Of a stretch of DNA of 64,000 bases, positions 16,732 through 25,511 are shown piece by piece (the first letter of the stretch is position 1; each line of letters begins with the position of its first letter). The position numbers were made by a program, and so were the translations under genes. Origin of the DNA: Pirellulales bacterium (GTDB lineage Bacteria; Planctomycetota; Planctomycetia; Pirellulales; UBA1268); the NCBI GenBank assembly GCA_049695995.1, contig JBAVTF010000102.1, forward strand, positions 5,189 to 69,188, in the 5' to 3' direction. The notes below the pieces were generated by a model, which was given only the letters and a program-made list of their open reading frames with translations, searched no databases and had not been told where the DNA came from.

Positions 16732-18699
16732 ATGATCGCACGTCTCACGTCAGCGGTGGTCGCGAAGCTCGAGGAGTGGTGGCGCGCGCGGCTGCCCACC
16801 CGCGAAGCGATCGTCGTCACGGCGCTGCTCGCCCTCATCTTCGAGGGCACGTATCTGGCCTCGTTCTTCATCCGCAGCGAACTGCTGCTGAAGGGCTCCG
16901 ACGCCCAGGCGATCCTTAACACGATCGTGGCCGTCGTCAGCCTGAAGCTGCTCGTCTTCTACTGGCGGGGCTTCTGCCACAAGCCGTGGCGGGCCGCCCG
17001 ATTCGCCGATTTGAACCGTCTCTTGCGGGCCGCCACGACGTGCCTGCTCGTATTCGTGGCCCTCAACTATTTCAGCGGCTACATCCCGGGCTGGATCCAG
17101 ATCCCGCGGTCGGTGCTGCTCCTCGACTGGGCCTTCACGCTCCTCGCTGTCGGCGGCATGCAGGCTGTCGCCCGCAGCCTCTACGAAGAGATCATGCCGA
17201 CCACCACCGTGGGCAACCAGAAGACGGTGCTCGTGATCGACGCCTCGCCGGCCGGTCGTGAGCTGGCCGCAGCGCTCGGCCAGCTCAACTCGCGGGGCTA
17301 CTTCGTGGCGGGACTGCTCGACGACGATCCCGACACCTACGGCCTGAACGTCGGGCGGGCCCGCGTGCTCGGACCCGTGCTGATGGCACCGGCCTGTGCC
17401 CAGCGGCTGCGGGCCTCCGAGATCGTGGTCCGCGAGGGAGCCATTTACGGGGCGCGGCTACGGGAGCTGTGCGACGCTTGCGCCGAGATCAACGTGCGGG
17501 TGTCGATCGCCGAGAACGTCACCGATCCCGACCTGTCGGCCGGCAGCCAGCCGACTACGGTTCAGCCGCTCGTCGTCCGCGCCCTCGAGCTTCGCGACCT
17601 CCTCTCCCGCCCCCAGGCCCGGCTCGATGACCACGACATCCACGTCTATCCGTTCCTGCATGGCAAGACGGTGCTCGTCACGGGTGCCGGCGGCTCGATC
17701 GGTTCGGAAATCTGCCGGCAGCTGCTGCGGTTCACGCCAGCGCGGATCGTGCTCGTGGAACGGTCGGAGGCAAGCCTGTTCGCGATCCACCACGAGCTGG
17801 TGCAGTCTGCCACGCTCGGCTCCACCGACCTGGTGCCGATCCTGTGCGACATCTCCCACGTCGATCGGGCCGAGCGGCTGTTCACCGACCACCGGCCGCA
17901 GGTCGTGATCCACGCGGCGGCCTTCAAGCACGTGCCGCTGATGGAGGCCCACCCGGTCGAGGCGATCGAGAACAACGCGCTGGCCACCGCCGCGCTGGCC
18001 GAACTGGCCGACGCACATGCCGTCTCAACGTTCGTCGCCCTCTCCACCGACAAGGCCGTCCATCCGTCGAGCGTGATGGGAGCGTCGAAGCTGGTGGCCG
18101 AGCGGTTCCTGCAGTCGTTCGGTGAGACGTCGACCACGCGGTTCGTGGCGGTGCGGTTCGGCAACGTGATCGGGTCGAGCGGCAGCGCCGTGCCGATCTT
18201 CACCGAGCAGCTCACCAAGCGGCTGCCGATCACGATCACGCACGAAGACGTGCGGCGGTATTTCATGACGATCACGGAGGCGGCGCAGCTCGTGCTCCTG
18301 GCCGGGGCCCTGCCTGGACGTGGCGGCACGTTCGTGCTGGAGATGGGCGAGCCGATTCGGATCGTGGAGCTGGTGTCGAGTCTCGCCTACGTGCTGCACG
18401 TGCCGCCTGAGCAGGTGCGGATCCGGTATTGCGGGCTGCGGCCCGGCGAGAAGCTCGACGAGGAGCTGTTTTTCGAAGACGAGCGGCGGGAGGCCACGTC
18501 GCATCCGCTGGTGATCCGGGCGGTCCGCGCGGCCCGGCCGCTCGACGAGGTGCGGCAGTGGATGGGTGAACTGAAGAGCGCGGTGTCCGGCCCGTCCGAG
18601 ACGGCCGGCCATACGCTCATGGACATCGTCACCAGCGATTGCAGCAGCCTCGTGCCTGTGGAGGCACCGGTGGGTCAGCCAGTGGAGCAACGCGCATGA
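16732..18699 (+). CDS. membrane-anchored NDP-sugar 4,6-dehydratase (CapD/WbpM/PglF family)
   Basis: Four N-terminal TM segments, then VLVTGAGGSIGSEICRQLL and STDKAVHPSSVMGASKLVAE (the Met-for-Tyr variant typical of PglF/CapD). Confidence 0.9.
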   Translation: MIARLTSAVVAKLEEWWRARLPTREAIVVTALLALIFEGTYLASFFIRSELLLKGSDAQAILNTIVAVVSLKLLVFYWRGFCHKPWRAARFADLNRLLRAATTCLLVFVALNYFSGYIPGWIQIPRSVLLLDWAFTLLAVGGMQAVARSLYEEIMPTTTVGNQKTVLVIDASPAGRELAAALGQLNSRGYFVAGLLDDDPDTYGLNVGRARVLGPVLMAPACAQRLRASEIVVREGAIYGARLRELCDACAEINVRVSIAENVTDPDLSAGSQPTTVQPLVVRALELRDLLSRPQARLDDHDIHVYPFLHGKTVLVTGAGGSIGSEICRQLLRFTPARIVLVERSEASLFAIHHELVQSATLGSTDLVPILCDISHVDRAERLFTDHRPQVVIHAAAFKHVPLMEAHPVEAIENNALATAALAELADAHAVSTFVALSTDKAVHPSSVMGASKLVAERFLQSFGETSTTRFVAVRFGNVIGSSGSAVPIFTEQLTKRLPITITHEDVRRYFMTITEAAQLVLLAGALPGRGGTFVLEMGEPIRIVELVSSLAYVLHVPPEQVRIRYCGLRPGEKLDEELFFEDERREATSHPLVIRAVRAARPLDEVRQWMGELKSAVSGPSETAGHTLMDIVTSDCSSLVPVEAPVGQPVEQRA

Positions 18700-19823
18700 C
18701 AGCTGGCTGGCGGGTGCCGTTCGTACGGCCCGATGTGCCGGCGTATGCGGAGGTGAGCGCGGCGATCGAGCGGGCCGTCTCGAGCGGCATGCTCACGAAG
18801 GGGCCGGAGCTAGCGGCGCTCGAGGCCGAGGCGGCGGCGGCGCTCGGTGTGCGGCACGTCGTCGGCGTGTCGAGCTGCACGATCGGCGTCGCGCTCGTGC
18901 TCAAGGCGATCGAGCCACGCGCGGGCCGTACGGAAATCATCCTTCCGAGCTTCAACTTCCTCGCGGCGCCCGGCGCCGTCGTGTGGGCCGGGTTCACGCC
19001 GGTATTCGTCGAGGTCGATCCCCACACGTTCACGATCGACCCCGCCGCGGCCGCCGCCGCGGTCACCGACCGCACGGCCGCGATCATGGCCTGCCACACG
19101 TTCGGCTGCCCGTGCGACGTGCCCGCCCTCGACGCGGTGGCCGTGCGGGCGGGCGTGCCGCTCGTCGTCGATGCCGCCCACGGCCTCGGCACGCAGCTGC
19201 AGGGTCGACAGGTGGGGGCCGGCGGACTCGCGCAAATCTTCAGCCTCTCCCCCACGAAGCTCGTCGTCGCAGGTGAAGGGGGCCTCGTGGCCACCGACGA
19301 CGACGCGCTCGCCGCCGCGGTCCGCACCGCCCGCGAATATGGCAACGACGGCCACTACGGCTGCGCGGTGCCCGGCCTCAACGGCCGGCTGCCCGAGATC
19401 TCCGCGATCCTGGCCCGGGCATCGCTGGCCCGGCTGCCAGACGTGGCCGCCCGCCGCCGGGCCGCGGCCGAGGCCTACAACGCGGAACTTACCAACCTGC
19501 CCGGTGTCGGCCTGCAGCGGATGCCCCCGGGGGCCACGAGCAGCTGGAAGGATTTCGTGATCACGATCGATGCGGAGCGGTTCGGCATGAGCCGCGACGC
19601 CGTTCGCCGCCGCCTGGCCGATGCGGGCGTCGACACGCGGGCGTATTATGATCCGGCCTGCCACCAGATGGAGGCGTTCCGCCGCTACGCGAGGCCGGGG
19701 CAGTCGCTGCCGATCACCGACCACCTCGCCGCCACGGCGTTGGCGCTGCCCCTCGGGGCGCATGTCACGGCCGACGTGGCACGGTCGGTGGCCCACGTGA
19801 TCCGCGCCGGCGCCCGCTCATGA
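18696..19823 (+). CDS. DegT/DnrJ/EryC1/StrS (PglE-like) PLP-dependent sugar aminotransferase
   Basis: PLP-lysine context IFSLSPTKLVVAGEGGLVATDD. ATGA overlap with the upstream dehydratase. Confidence 0.9.
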   Translation: MTAGWRVPFVRPDVPAYAEVSAAIERAVSSGMLTKGPELAALEAEAAAALGVRHVVGVSSCTIGVALVLKAIEPRAGRTEIILPSFNFLAAPGAVVWAGFTPVFVEVDPHTFTIDPAAAAAAVTDRTAAIMACHTFGCPCDVPALDAVAVRAGVPLVVDAAHGLGTQLQGRQVGAGGLAQIFSLSPTKLVVAGEGGLVATDDDALAAAVRTAREYGNDGHYGCAVPGLNGRLPEISAILARASLARLPDVAARRRAAAEAYNAELTNLPGVGLQRMPPGATSSWKDFVITIDAERFGMSRDAVRRRLADAGVDTRAYYDPACHQMEAFRRYARPGQSLPITDHLAATALALPLGAHVTADVARSVAHVIRAGARS

Positions 19824-20962
19824 AACCCGTCGAACAGCCAAACCTCTTCCCGTCGTTCGACTCGATCGAGGCGGTGCTCTGGCCGGCGGCCGCGCTGGCC
19901 GTGTTCGTGCTCACGGCGGTGCTCGTCGATCTCATGGTCATCCTCGCCGCGCGGTGGCGGCTGGTCGATCTCCCCAACCGCCGCAGCGCCCACGCGCTGC
20001 CCACGGCCCGGGGCGGCGGACTGGCGATCGTGCTCACGACGGCGCTGGCCTCGATCATGGTGGCGCTGCGGTGGCCCCCGGCCGCGTTTGCGATCCTCGG
20101 GGGCGTGATCGTCCCCTGTCTCGTGATCGCCGGGGTGGGGATCGTCGACGACATCCAGCCTCTCAAGGCGTCGCTGCGGCTGTTCATCCAGATCGGGGTC
20201 GCCGCGGCGATCACGGCCGCACTCGGCCCGCTCTCCACGATCGCGATCCCGGGGCTGCCGGTGCTCGAACTGGGCTGGGCGGGCTGGCCGCTCACGGTGG
20301 TCTGGATCGTGGGCATGACCAACGCCTTCAACTTCATGGATGGCTCCGATGGCATGGCAGCGCTCGGGGCCGTCGTGGCGGGCGTGGTGATGGCGGTGAT
20401 CGGCTGGCAACTGCGGATCCATCTCCCGCTGCTCCTCGCCGCCTTCGCGGCGGCGGCGGCGGGTGGATTCCTGGTCTTCAACTGGCAACCGGCCCGCGTC
20501 TTCATGGGCGACGTGGGCAGCGCGTTTCTGGGCACCTATCTGGCTGCGGTACCGCTGGCGTTTCCAGAGCCGCAGCGATCGCTCGTGTTCATTCCGATGG
20601 TGTTGGCACTGTGGCCCTACATCTTCGATCCATTCGTTTCGGTGCTGCGGCGAATCTACCACCGAAAGAGCCCGTTCGAGCCTCACCGAGAGTTCTTGTT
20701 CCATCGCCTGATCCGCAGCGACATCGGCCACGGGTTCGCGGCGCTGCTCTATGCGATGCTGGCATTGACGGGCGGGCTCGTGGGCATCCTGATGGTCGAG
20801 AATCTGCTGCCCGATGCAGTGCGGGCCTGCGGTCCGCTCGTCGTCATCGCGCTGGCGGGCGTACTGGCGTGGGCGATCGAGCGGCGGTGCACGCTCGTTG
20901 GGCTGCCGTCGGCGAGTGGAGCCGTCGCCGCGTCGGCGGCCGAACCGTCCACCACGGCCTAA
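19820..20962 (+). CDS. polyprenyl-phosphate HexNAc-1-phosphate transferase (MraY/WecA/WbpL family, GT4)
   Basis: Polytopic protein with NAFNFMDGSDGMAA and VFMGDVGSAFLG motifs. ATGA-coupled to the aminotransferase. Confidence 0.85.
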   Translation: MKPVEQPNLFPSFDSIEAVLWPAAALAVFVLTAVLVDLMVILAARWRLVDLPNRRSAHALPTARGGGLAIVLTTALASIMVALRWPPAAFAILGGVIVPCLVIAGVGIVDDIQPLKASLRLFIQIGVAAAITAALGPLSTIAIPGLPVLELGWAGWPLTVVWIVGMTNAFNFMDGSDGMAALGAVVAGVVMAVIGWQLRIHLPLLLAAFAAAAAGGFLVFNWQPARVFMGDVGSAFLGTYLAAVPLAFPEPQRSLVFIPMVLALWPYIFDPFVSVLRRIYHRKSPFEPHREFLFHRLIRSDIGHGFAALLYAMLALTGGLVGILMVENLLPDAVRACGPLVVIALAGVLAWAIERRCTLVGLPSASGAVAASAAEPSTTA

Positions 20963-20984
20963 GAAGTGACAAGGGCTTTCGACC

Positions 20985-21659
20985 ATGGCTGCGACGTCGC
21001 GCGCGAGTGAGGCCTTGCCACGGGAACCACACGGGTGGTATCCGACGGTCGTGAAGCGCGGATGCGACCTCATCGTGGCGGCTGCGCTGGTCGTCCTGCT
21101 CGCGCCGCTGATGGCGGCGGTTGCGCTGGCCGTGCGGCTCGTGCTCGGGCGGCCGGTCTTCCATCGCGACATGCGGGCCGGGCTCCACGGAAAACCTTTC
21201 GAGATCGTGAAGTTTCGGTCGATGGCCGAGCGGGTGGACGACGCCGGTCGGCTCTTGCCCGACGAACAGCGGCTCGGACTCTTCGGCCGGTGCCTGCGGG
21301 CCACGAGCCTCGACGAACTGCCGCAGCTGGTGAGCGTGGTACGCGGCGAGATGAGCCTGGTGGGGCCGCGTCCTCTCCCACTTCGCTATGTTGCCAGATA
21401 TTCGCCCCGACAGGCCACGCGGCTGCTCGTCCGGCCGGGACTCACCGGCTGGGCCCAGATTCATGGCCGAAACGCCCTCGACTGGGGCCCGAGGCTGGAA
21501 TATGACGCCCGCTACGTGGAAATTCTCGGGCGGTGGCATGCCCCGCTGGCCGATTGCTGGATCATTGTGGTCACCCTGCTCCAATTGATCGTTCAGGCCG
21601 TCACCGGCCGCGGCGTGGCGGCGCCCGGCTCGGCCACGATGCAAGAGTTTCAACCGTGA
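20985..21659 (+). CDS. small monotopic phosphoglycosyl transferase (bacterial sugar transferase, PglC/WbaP C-terminal type)
   Basis: KRGCDLIVAAALVVLLAPLMAAVALAV re-entrant helix, then KFRSM, DELPQLVSVVRGEMSLVGPRP and RPGLTGWAQIHGRN. Confidence 0.9.
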   Translation: MAATSRASEALPREPHGWYPTVVKRGCDLIVAAALVVLLAPLMAAVALAVRLVLGRPVFHRDMRAGLHGKPFEIVKFRSMAERVDDAGRLLPDEQRLGLFGRCLRATSLDELPQLVSVVRGEMSLVGPRPLPLRYVARYSPRQATRLLVRPGLTGWAQIHGRNALDWGPRLEYDARYVEILGRWHAPLADCWIIVVTLLQLIVQAVTGRGVAAPGSATMQEFQP

Positions 21660-21919
21660 GTCCGTCCGACGCCGTCGCCGACGCCATCCGCACCGTGCTT
21701 CGCGAGACCGGCCGCAGCCGCGATGCGATCGAGCCGCAGCAGCTGCTGGCCGCCGATCTCGGTCTCGACTCGCTCGACCTCGCGCAAGCGATCGTGCTCC
21801 TCGAGCGATCGCTCGGCGTCGATCCATTCCGCGACTGGTCCGCCGCCGCGCCGCGGCCGGCCGTCCGCACCGTCTCCGATCTCGTTGCCATCTACACGAC
21901 AGCCCTCGCCTCACCCTGA
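21656..21919 (+). CDS. acyl carrier protein
   Basis: 87 aa with the phosphopantetheine attachment motif LGLDSLDLAQ. The GTG start overlaps the upstream stop (GTGA). Confidence 0.8.
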   Translation: MSPSDAVADAIRTVLRETGRSRDAIEPQQLLAADLGLDSLDLAQAIVLLERSLGVDPFRDWSAAAPRPAVRTVSDLVAIYTTALASP

Positions 21920-21932
21920 GAGATTCAGCGCC

Positions 21933-23294
21933 ATGCACGCCACGCTCGACACGCTGCTCGATCATCTCGCCGAAGCCCCTGCCGCCGAGCGGCTCGCCGT
22001 CGCGATCACGGAGATCGCCAGACAGTTTCCCGACCGCGTCGCGATCGTCGCCCAGGCCGGCACCGATGCCCGTCGCGTGATCGACTACGCGACGCTCGCG
22101 ACCGCGGTCATGAAGCTCGAAGGGGAGCTGGAGGTCAATCGGCCCGTGGGCGTGGTGGCCCGGGCGGTGCGGCCGGAGTCGCTCGCGGTGATCACGGCCG
22201 CCTGCGGTCGGCAGCGGGTGCCGCTGGCGTTCGTCTCGCCCGATTCGCAGGCGCTCGCCGGCGAGCTGCACGACTGGGTGGCGATCGACGACAGCCTCGC
22301 CCTGCCTGTCAGCTCGGGCCGCCGCGGCGATCTCGACTCGGTGCCGCCGCCGGTGATCGTGGCCACGAGCGGCACGAGCGGGCCGCCGAAGCTCGTCGAT
22401 CATGCCTGGGATTCGGTGCTCGCCGCCGCCCGGCTCTCGGAGCAGTGGCACGGGCTCGGCTGGCTCATGGTCTACGACGCGGCCCGGTGGGCGGGCATCC
22501 AGGTGTGGGTGCAGGCGTTGCTCACGGGAGGTCGGCTGGTGGTGCCGGCGTCGCGAGATCCCGACGTGGTGGCCCTCGCGCTCGTCAACGAGTCGGTGCA
22601 GGTGATGCCGGCCACGCCCACGCTCTTGCGGCGGCTGCTGACGTCGGCCGATCGCAGCGTGCTCTGCCGCGGCCAGGTCGATCGGATCACGCTCGGCGGC
22701 GAGGCGGCCGATGCCCAGCTGTTGAACGATGCCCGTGCCTTCTATCCGCAGGCGAAGATCACGCAGGTCTATGCCACGACGGAGCTGGGCGAGGTGTTTC
22801 GCGTGGCCGACTGCAAGCCGGGGTTTCCGGCCAACTGGCTGGGCAAGGCGCTGCCCGGCGGCGCGCGGCTGGCCACTCGGCGCGACGGCGAATTGCTCGT
22901 GCAGCTCTCCCGCGACACCGCGGAGGTGGGCACGGGCGATCTCGTGGAGCGACGTGGCGACCGCTACGAGTTCGTGGGCCGGCGGACCGACGTGATCATC
23001 GTGGGCGGCGCGAAGGTCTTCCCGAGCCGGGTGGAGGAAGTGCTCCGCGGCGTGCCGGGGATCGCAGAGGCCCGCATCTACGGGCTGCCGAGCGCGATCA
23101 CGGGCGAGCTGGTGGCCGCGGAGATCGTGCTGGCCGATCCGCTGCCGGATGCCGCCACGCCGGAGAAGGTGCGGGCGGCGGCCCTCACGGCCTGCCGCGA
23201 GCAGCTGGAGCCCCAGGGCGTCCCGCGGATCCTCGACATCGTGAAGAAAATCGCCACCACCGCCGCCGGCAAAACCCCCCGCAGTCGGCCGTAA
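21933..23294 (+). CDS. AMP-dependent synthetase/ligase (acyl-ACP/CoA ligase-like)
   Basis: AMP-binding motif VIVATSGTSGPPKLV, plus YATTELGEV and a C-terminal AAGKTPR lysine. Confidence 0.85.
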   Translation: MHATLDTLLDHLAEAPAAERLAVAITEIARQFPDRVAIVAQAGTDARRVIDYATLATAVMKLEGELEVNRPVGVVARAVRPESLAVITAACGRQRVPLAFVSPDSQALAGELHDWVAIDDSLALPVSSGRRGDLDSVPPPVIVATSGTSGPPKLVDHAWDSVLAAARLSEQWHGLGWLMVYDAARWAGIQVWVQALLTGGRLVVPASRDPDVVALALVNESVQVMPATPTLLRRLLTSADRSVLCRGQVDRITLGGEAADAQLLNDARAFYPQAKITQVYATTELGEVFRVADCKPGFPANWLGKALPGGARLATRRDGELLVQLSRDTAEVGTGDLVERRGDRYEFVGRRTDVIIVGGAKVFPSRVEEVLRGVPGIAEARIYGLPSAITGELVAAEIVLADPLPDAATPEKVRAAALTACREQLEPQGVPRILDIVKKIATTAAGKTPRSRP

Positions 23295-23315
23295 GCCGCA
23301 TGCCCATCACTCCCC

Positions 23316-23393
23316 GTAGGCCCGTCACGCCGCGTGGGTCCGTCACGCGGTGACGGACATCCCCGTTTACCGGTCACGGCGTGACCGGGCTAC
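23316..23393. repeat. composite palindromic element (GTAGGC half-element plus CCGGTCACGGCGTGACCGGGCTAC module)
   Basis: GTAGGCCCGTCACGCCGCGTGGGTCCGTCACGCGGTGACGGAC...CCGGTCACGGCGTGACCGGGCTAC. Sits between the ligase stop and the SDR start. Confidence 0.7.
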
Positions 23394-23397
23394 CGTC

Positions 23398-24180
23398 ATG
23401 CCCACGACCATCATCTCCGGCGGCTCCCGCGGGCTTGGGCTCGCCCTCGTGGAGCGGCTGCTTGCCCGCGGCGATACGGTCGCCACGTTCTCCCGCGCGG
23501 GATCTCCGGCACTCGATGCCCTCGCCGCGGCCCACGCCGACCGGCTGTTCACCGCTCGCGTCAATGCCGCCGACAGTGCCGCGATTCGCGGCTTCGTCGA
23601 GCAGGCTACGACGCGGTTCGGCCGCATCGACCACTGCATCGCGAATGCGGCGATCGCCCACGAGGGCGTGCTGGCGGTCACGAGCGACGCGGCGATCGAC
23701 GACATGCTCGCGATCAACCTCAAGGGCTCGATCGTGCTCGTTCGCGAATGTGTCCGCCAGATGCTCGTGCAGGCGAGCCCGTCGCACCCCGGAGGGCCGT
23801 CACGCCGTGACGGGCAGTCCGTTGCGGAGCAACCGACCGACAACCTGTCGATCACGGTCATCTCCTCGGTGGTCGCCTCCCGGGGCTCGCCGGGCCTCGC
23901 GGTCTACGCGGCCACGAAGGCGGGGCTCGAGGGCTTTGCCCGCAACCTCGCCCGCGAGTTGGGGCCGCGGGGCATCCGCGTCAACGCCGTAGCGCCGGGG
24001 TTTCTGGAGACGGAACTCTCGGCCTCGCTGTCCCCGGAAAACCGCAGTCGCATCGCCCGCCGCACGGCGCTCGGCCGCCTCGGCCGGCCGGCCGACATCG
24101 TGGGCGCGGTGGAGTTTCTGATGAGTCCGGCGGCGGCGTTCATCACGGGCCAGGTGCTCGCGATCGACGGCGGGGCCTGA
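23398..24180 (+). CDS. short-chain dehydrogenase/reductase (FabG-like 3-oxoacyl reductase) carrying an internal repeat-derived insert
   Basis: TIISGGSRGLGLAL cofactor motif, NAAI, and catalytic VYAATKAGLEGF. Start set at the ATG at 23398, downstream of the repeat element. Confidence 0.8.
   Translation: MPTTIISGGSRGLGLALVERLLARGDTVATFSRAGSPALDALAAAHADRLFTARVNAADSAAIRGFVEQATTRFGRIDHCIANAAIAHEGVLAVTSDAAIDDMLAINLKGSIVLVRECVRQMLVQASPSHPGGPSRRDGQSVAEQPTDNLSITVISSVVASRGSPGLAVYAATKAGLEGFARNLARELGPRGIRVNAVAPGFLETELSASLSPENRSRIARRTALGRLGRPADIVGAVEFLMSPAAAFITGQVLAIDGGA
23791..23841 (+). repeat. 51-nt degenerate GTAGGC-family palindromic element inside the SDR CDS, in frame
   Basis: GGAGGGCCGTCACGCCGTGACGGGCAGTCCGTTGCGGAGCAACCGACCGAC has the same core as 14103-14153, with diverged termini. 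Confidence 0.7.
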
Positions 24181-24186
24181 TGTGCA

Positions 24187-24205
24187 CCGCACACGGAGTG
24201 TGCGG
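24187..24205. terminator. GC-rich hairpin between convergent genes
   Basis: CCGCACAC-GGA-GTGTGCGG. No U-tract follows, so the terminator role is tentative. Confidence 0.3.
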
Positions 24206-24255
24206 ACTACGGTTGCATGGGCGCACCCTCGCCCGCCGGTATGATCTCCGTGGAT

Positions 24256-24276
24256 GTGCAGACTGGCAGTCTGCAC
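24256..24276. repeat. perfect 21-nt palindrome GTGCAGACTGGCAGTCTGCAC
   Basis: 10+1+10 palindrome read directly, 10 nt downstream of the stop of the minus-strand epimerase gene. Confidence 0.5.
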
Positions 24277-24285
24277 ACCGCCCGC

Positions 24286-25341
24286 TCAGGCGCGGGTGCG
24301 GTGGGCGGCGATGATTTCGTCGAAGGTCTGGCCGAGGGAGATCTCCGGCGTCCAGCCCGGATAGTCGGCCATCATCCGGCGCAGGTCGGAGTAGTAGCAG
24401 ATGTGGTCGCCCGCGCGGGCTTGGTCGGAATAGACCCAGTCCATCGGGTTGCCGCTCCGCTCCGCCACCATCTGGAAGGCTTCAAGAATCGAGCAGCTGT
24501 TCGTCTTGCCGCCGCCGATGTTGTACACGGCCGCGGGCCTCGGAGCCGCGATGAACCGCGCGATGAAGGCCGCCACGTCGGCGGCGTGGATGTTGTCCCG
24601 CACCTGCTTGCCCTTGTAGCCGAATACGGTGTACCGCCGGCCTTCGAGGTTGCACTTCACGAGGTAGCTCAGGAAGCCGTGCAACTCCACGCCCGAGTGC
24701 GACGGCCCGGTGAGGCAGCCGCCCCGCAGGCAGCAGGTCGGCATGTCGAAGTAGCGGCCGTATTCCTGCACCATCACGTCGGCGGCCACCTTCGAGGCGC
24801 CGAAGAGCGAGTGCTTGCTGGCGTCGATCCGGAACGTCTCGGGGATGCCGTGGGTGTAGGCCGGGTCGGCGTAGTCCCAGCGGGTCTCGTGCTCCACGAG
24901 CGGCAGTTCGTTCGGGGCGTCGCCATACACCTTGTTCGTGCTCATGTGCACGAACGGCGCCTCCGGCGCGAACCGCCGGGCCGCCTCGAGCATGTTGAGC
25001 GTGCCGACGGCGTTGGTGTCGAAGTCGTCGAACGGGATGGCCGCCGCCCGGTCGTGCGACGGCTGGGCCGCGGTGTGCACGATCGCTGTCGGCCGCACCT
25101 CTTCGATGAGCCGCAGCACGCCGGCCCGGTCGCGAATATCGAGCTCGTGGTGGGTGAACGACCGCAGGCTCGCGGCGAGCCTGTTTTGATTCCAGCGGGT
25201 GTCGCCGGCAGGGCCGAAGAAGACAGCCCGCTGGTTGTTGTCCACACCGTGCACGGCCCAGCCGGCGGCATCGAAGTGCGTGGCCACCTCGCTGCCGATG
25301 AGGCCCGACGAACCGGTCACGAGCAGAACGCGTGCAGACAT
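24286..25341 (-). CDS. extended-SDR NAD-dependent sugar epimerase/dehydratase (CDP-tyvelose 2-epimerase-like architecture)
   Basis: [15 protein letters not shown] Rossmann motif and MSTNKVYG. The expected YxxxK position reads FGASK. Confidence 0.8.
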   Translation of the reverse strand: MSARVLLVTGSSGLIGSEVATHFDAAGWAVHGVDNNQRAVFFGPAGDTRWNQNRLAASLRSFTHHELDIRDRAGVLRLIEEVRPTAIVHTAAQPSHDRAAAIPFDDFDTNAVGTLNMLEAARRFAPEAPFVHMSTNKVYGDAPNELPLVEHETRWDYADPAYTHGIPETFRIDASKHSLFGASKVAADVMVQEYGRYFDMPTCCLRGGCLTGPSHSGVELHGFLSYLVKCNLEGRRYTVFGYKGKQVRDNIHAADVAAFIARFIAAPRPAAVYNIGGGKTNSCSILEAFQMVAERSGNPMDWVYSDQARAGDHICYYSDLRRMMADYPGWTPEISLGQTFDEIIAAHRTRA

Positions 25342-25413
25342 GGAGTCGCTCCCTTTGGCTCCGTTATCTGACCGGATATCCGCGGAGATTCAACCCTGCG
25401 GCGTTCCCCAAAT

Positions 25414-25465
25414 CACCTAGTCTGTAGGCCCCGTTGCTCCGCAACGGGCTGCCCACCACGGAGTG
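25414..25465 (-). repeat. 52-nt GTAGGC...GCCTAC palindromic element (inverted orientation)
   Basis: The reverse complement, GTAGGCCCGTCACTCCGTGGTGGGCAGCCCGTTGCGGAGCAACGGGGCCTAC, is near-identical to 14103-14153. Lies in a divergent promoter region. Confidence 0.8.
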
Positions 25466-25511
25466 ACGGGCCTACGGCCACGCTCGCAACGTACACTGGT
25501 TTCCTTCCGCC

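Noticed and set aside
19685-22451. 539-aa and 535-aa minus-strand ORFs across the WecA-like, PglC-like, ACP and ligase genes
   Set aside because: They are antisense shadows (poly-Arg, Asp/His/Glu runs). The plus-strand genes have strong family motifs and coupled start/stop overlaps.
24217-25371. 384-aa plus-strand ORF opposite the epimerase gene
   Set aside because: Antisense of a gene with clear Rossmann and STNKVYG motifs. The translation is Val/His/Arg/Gly-rich filler.
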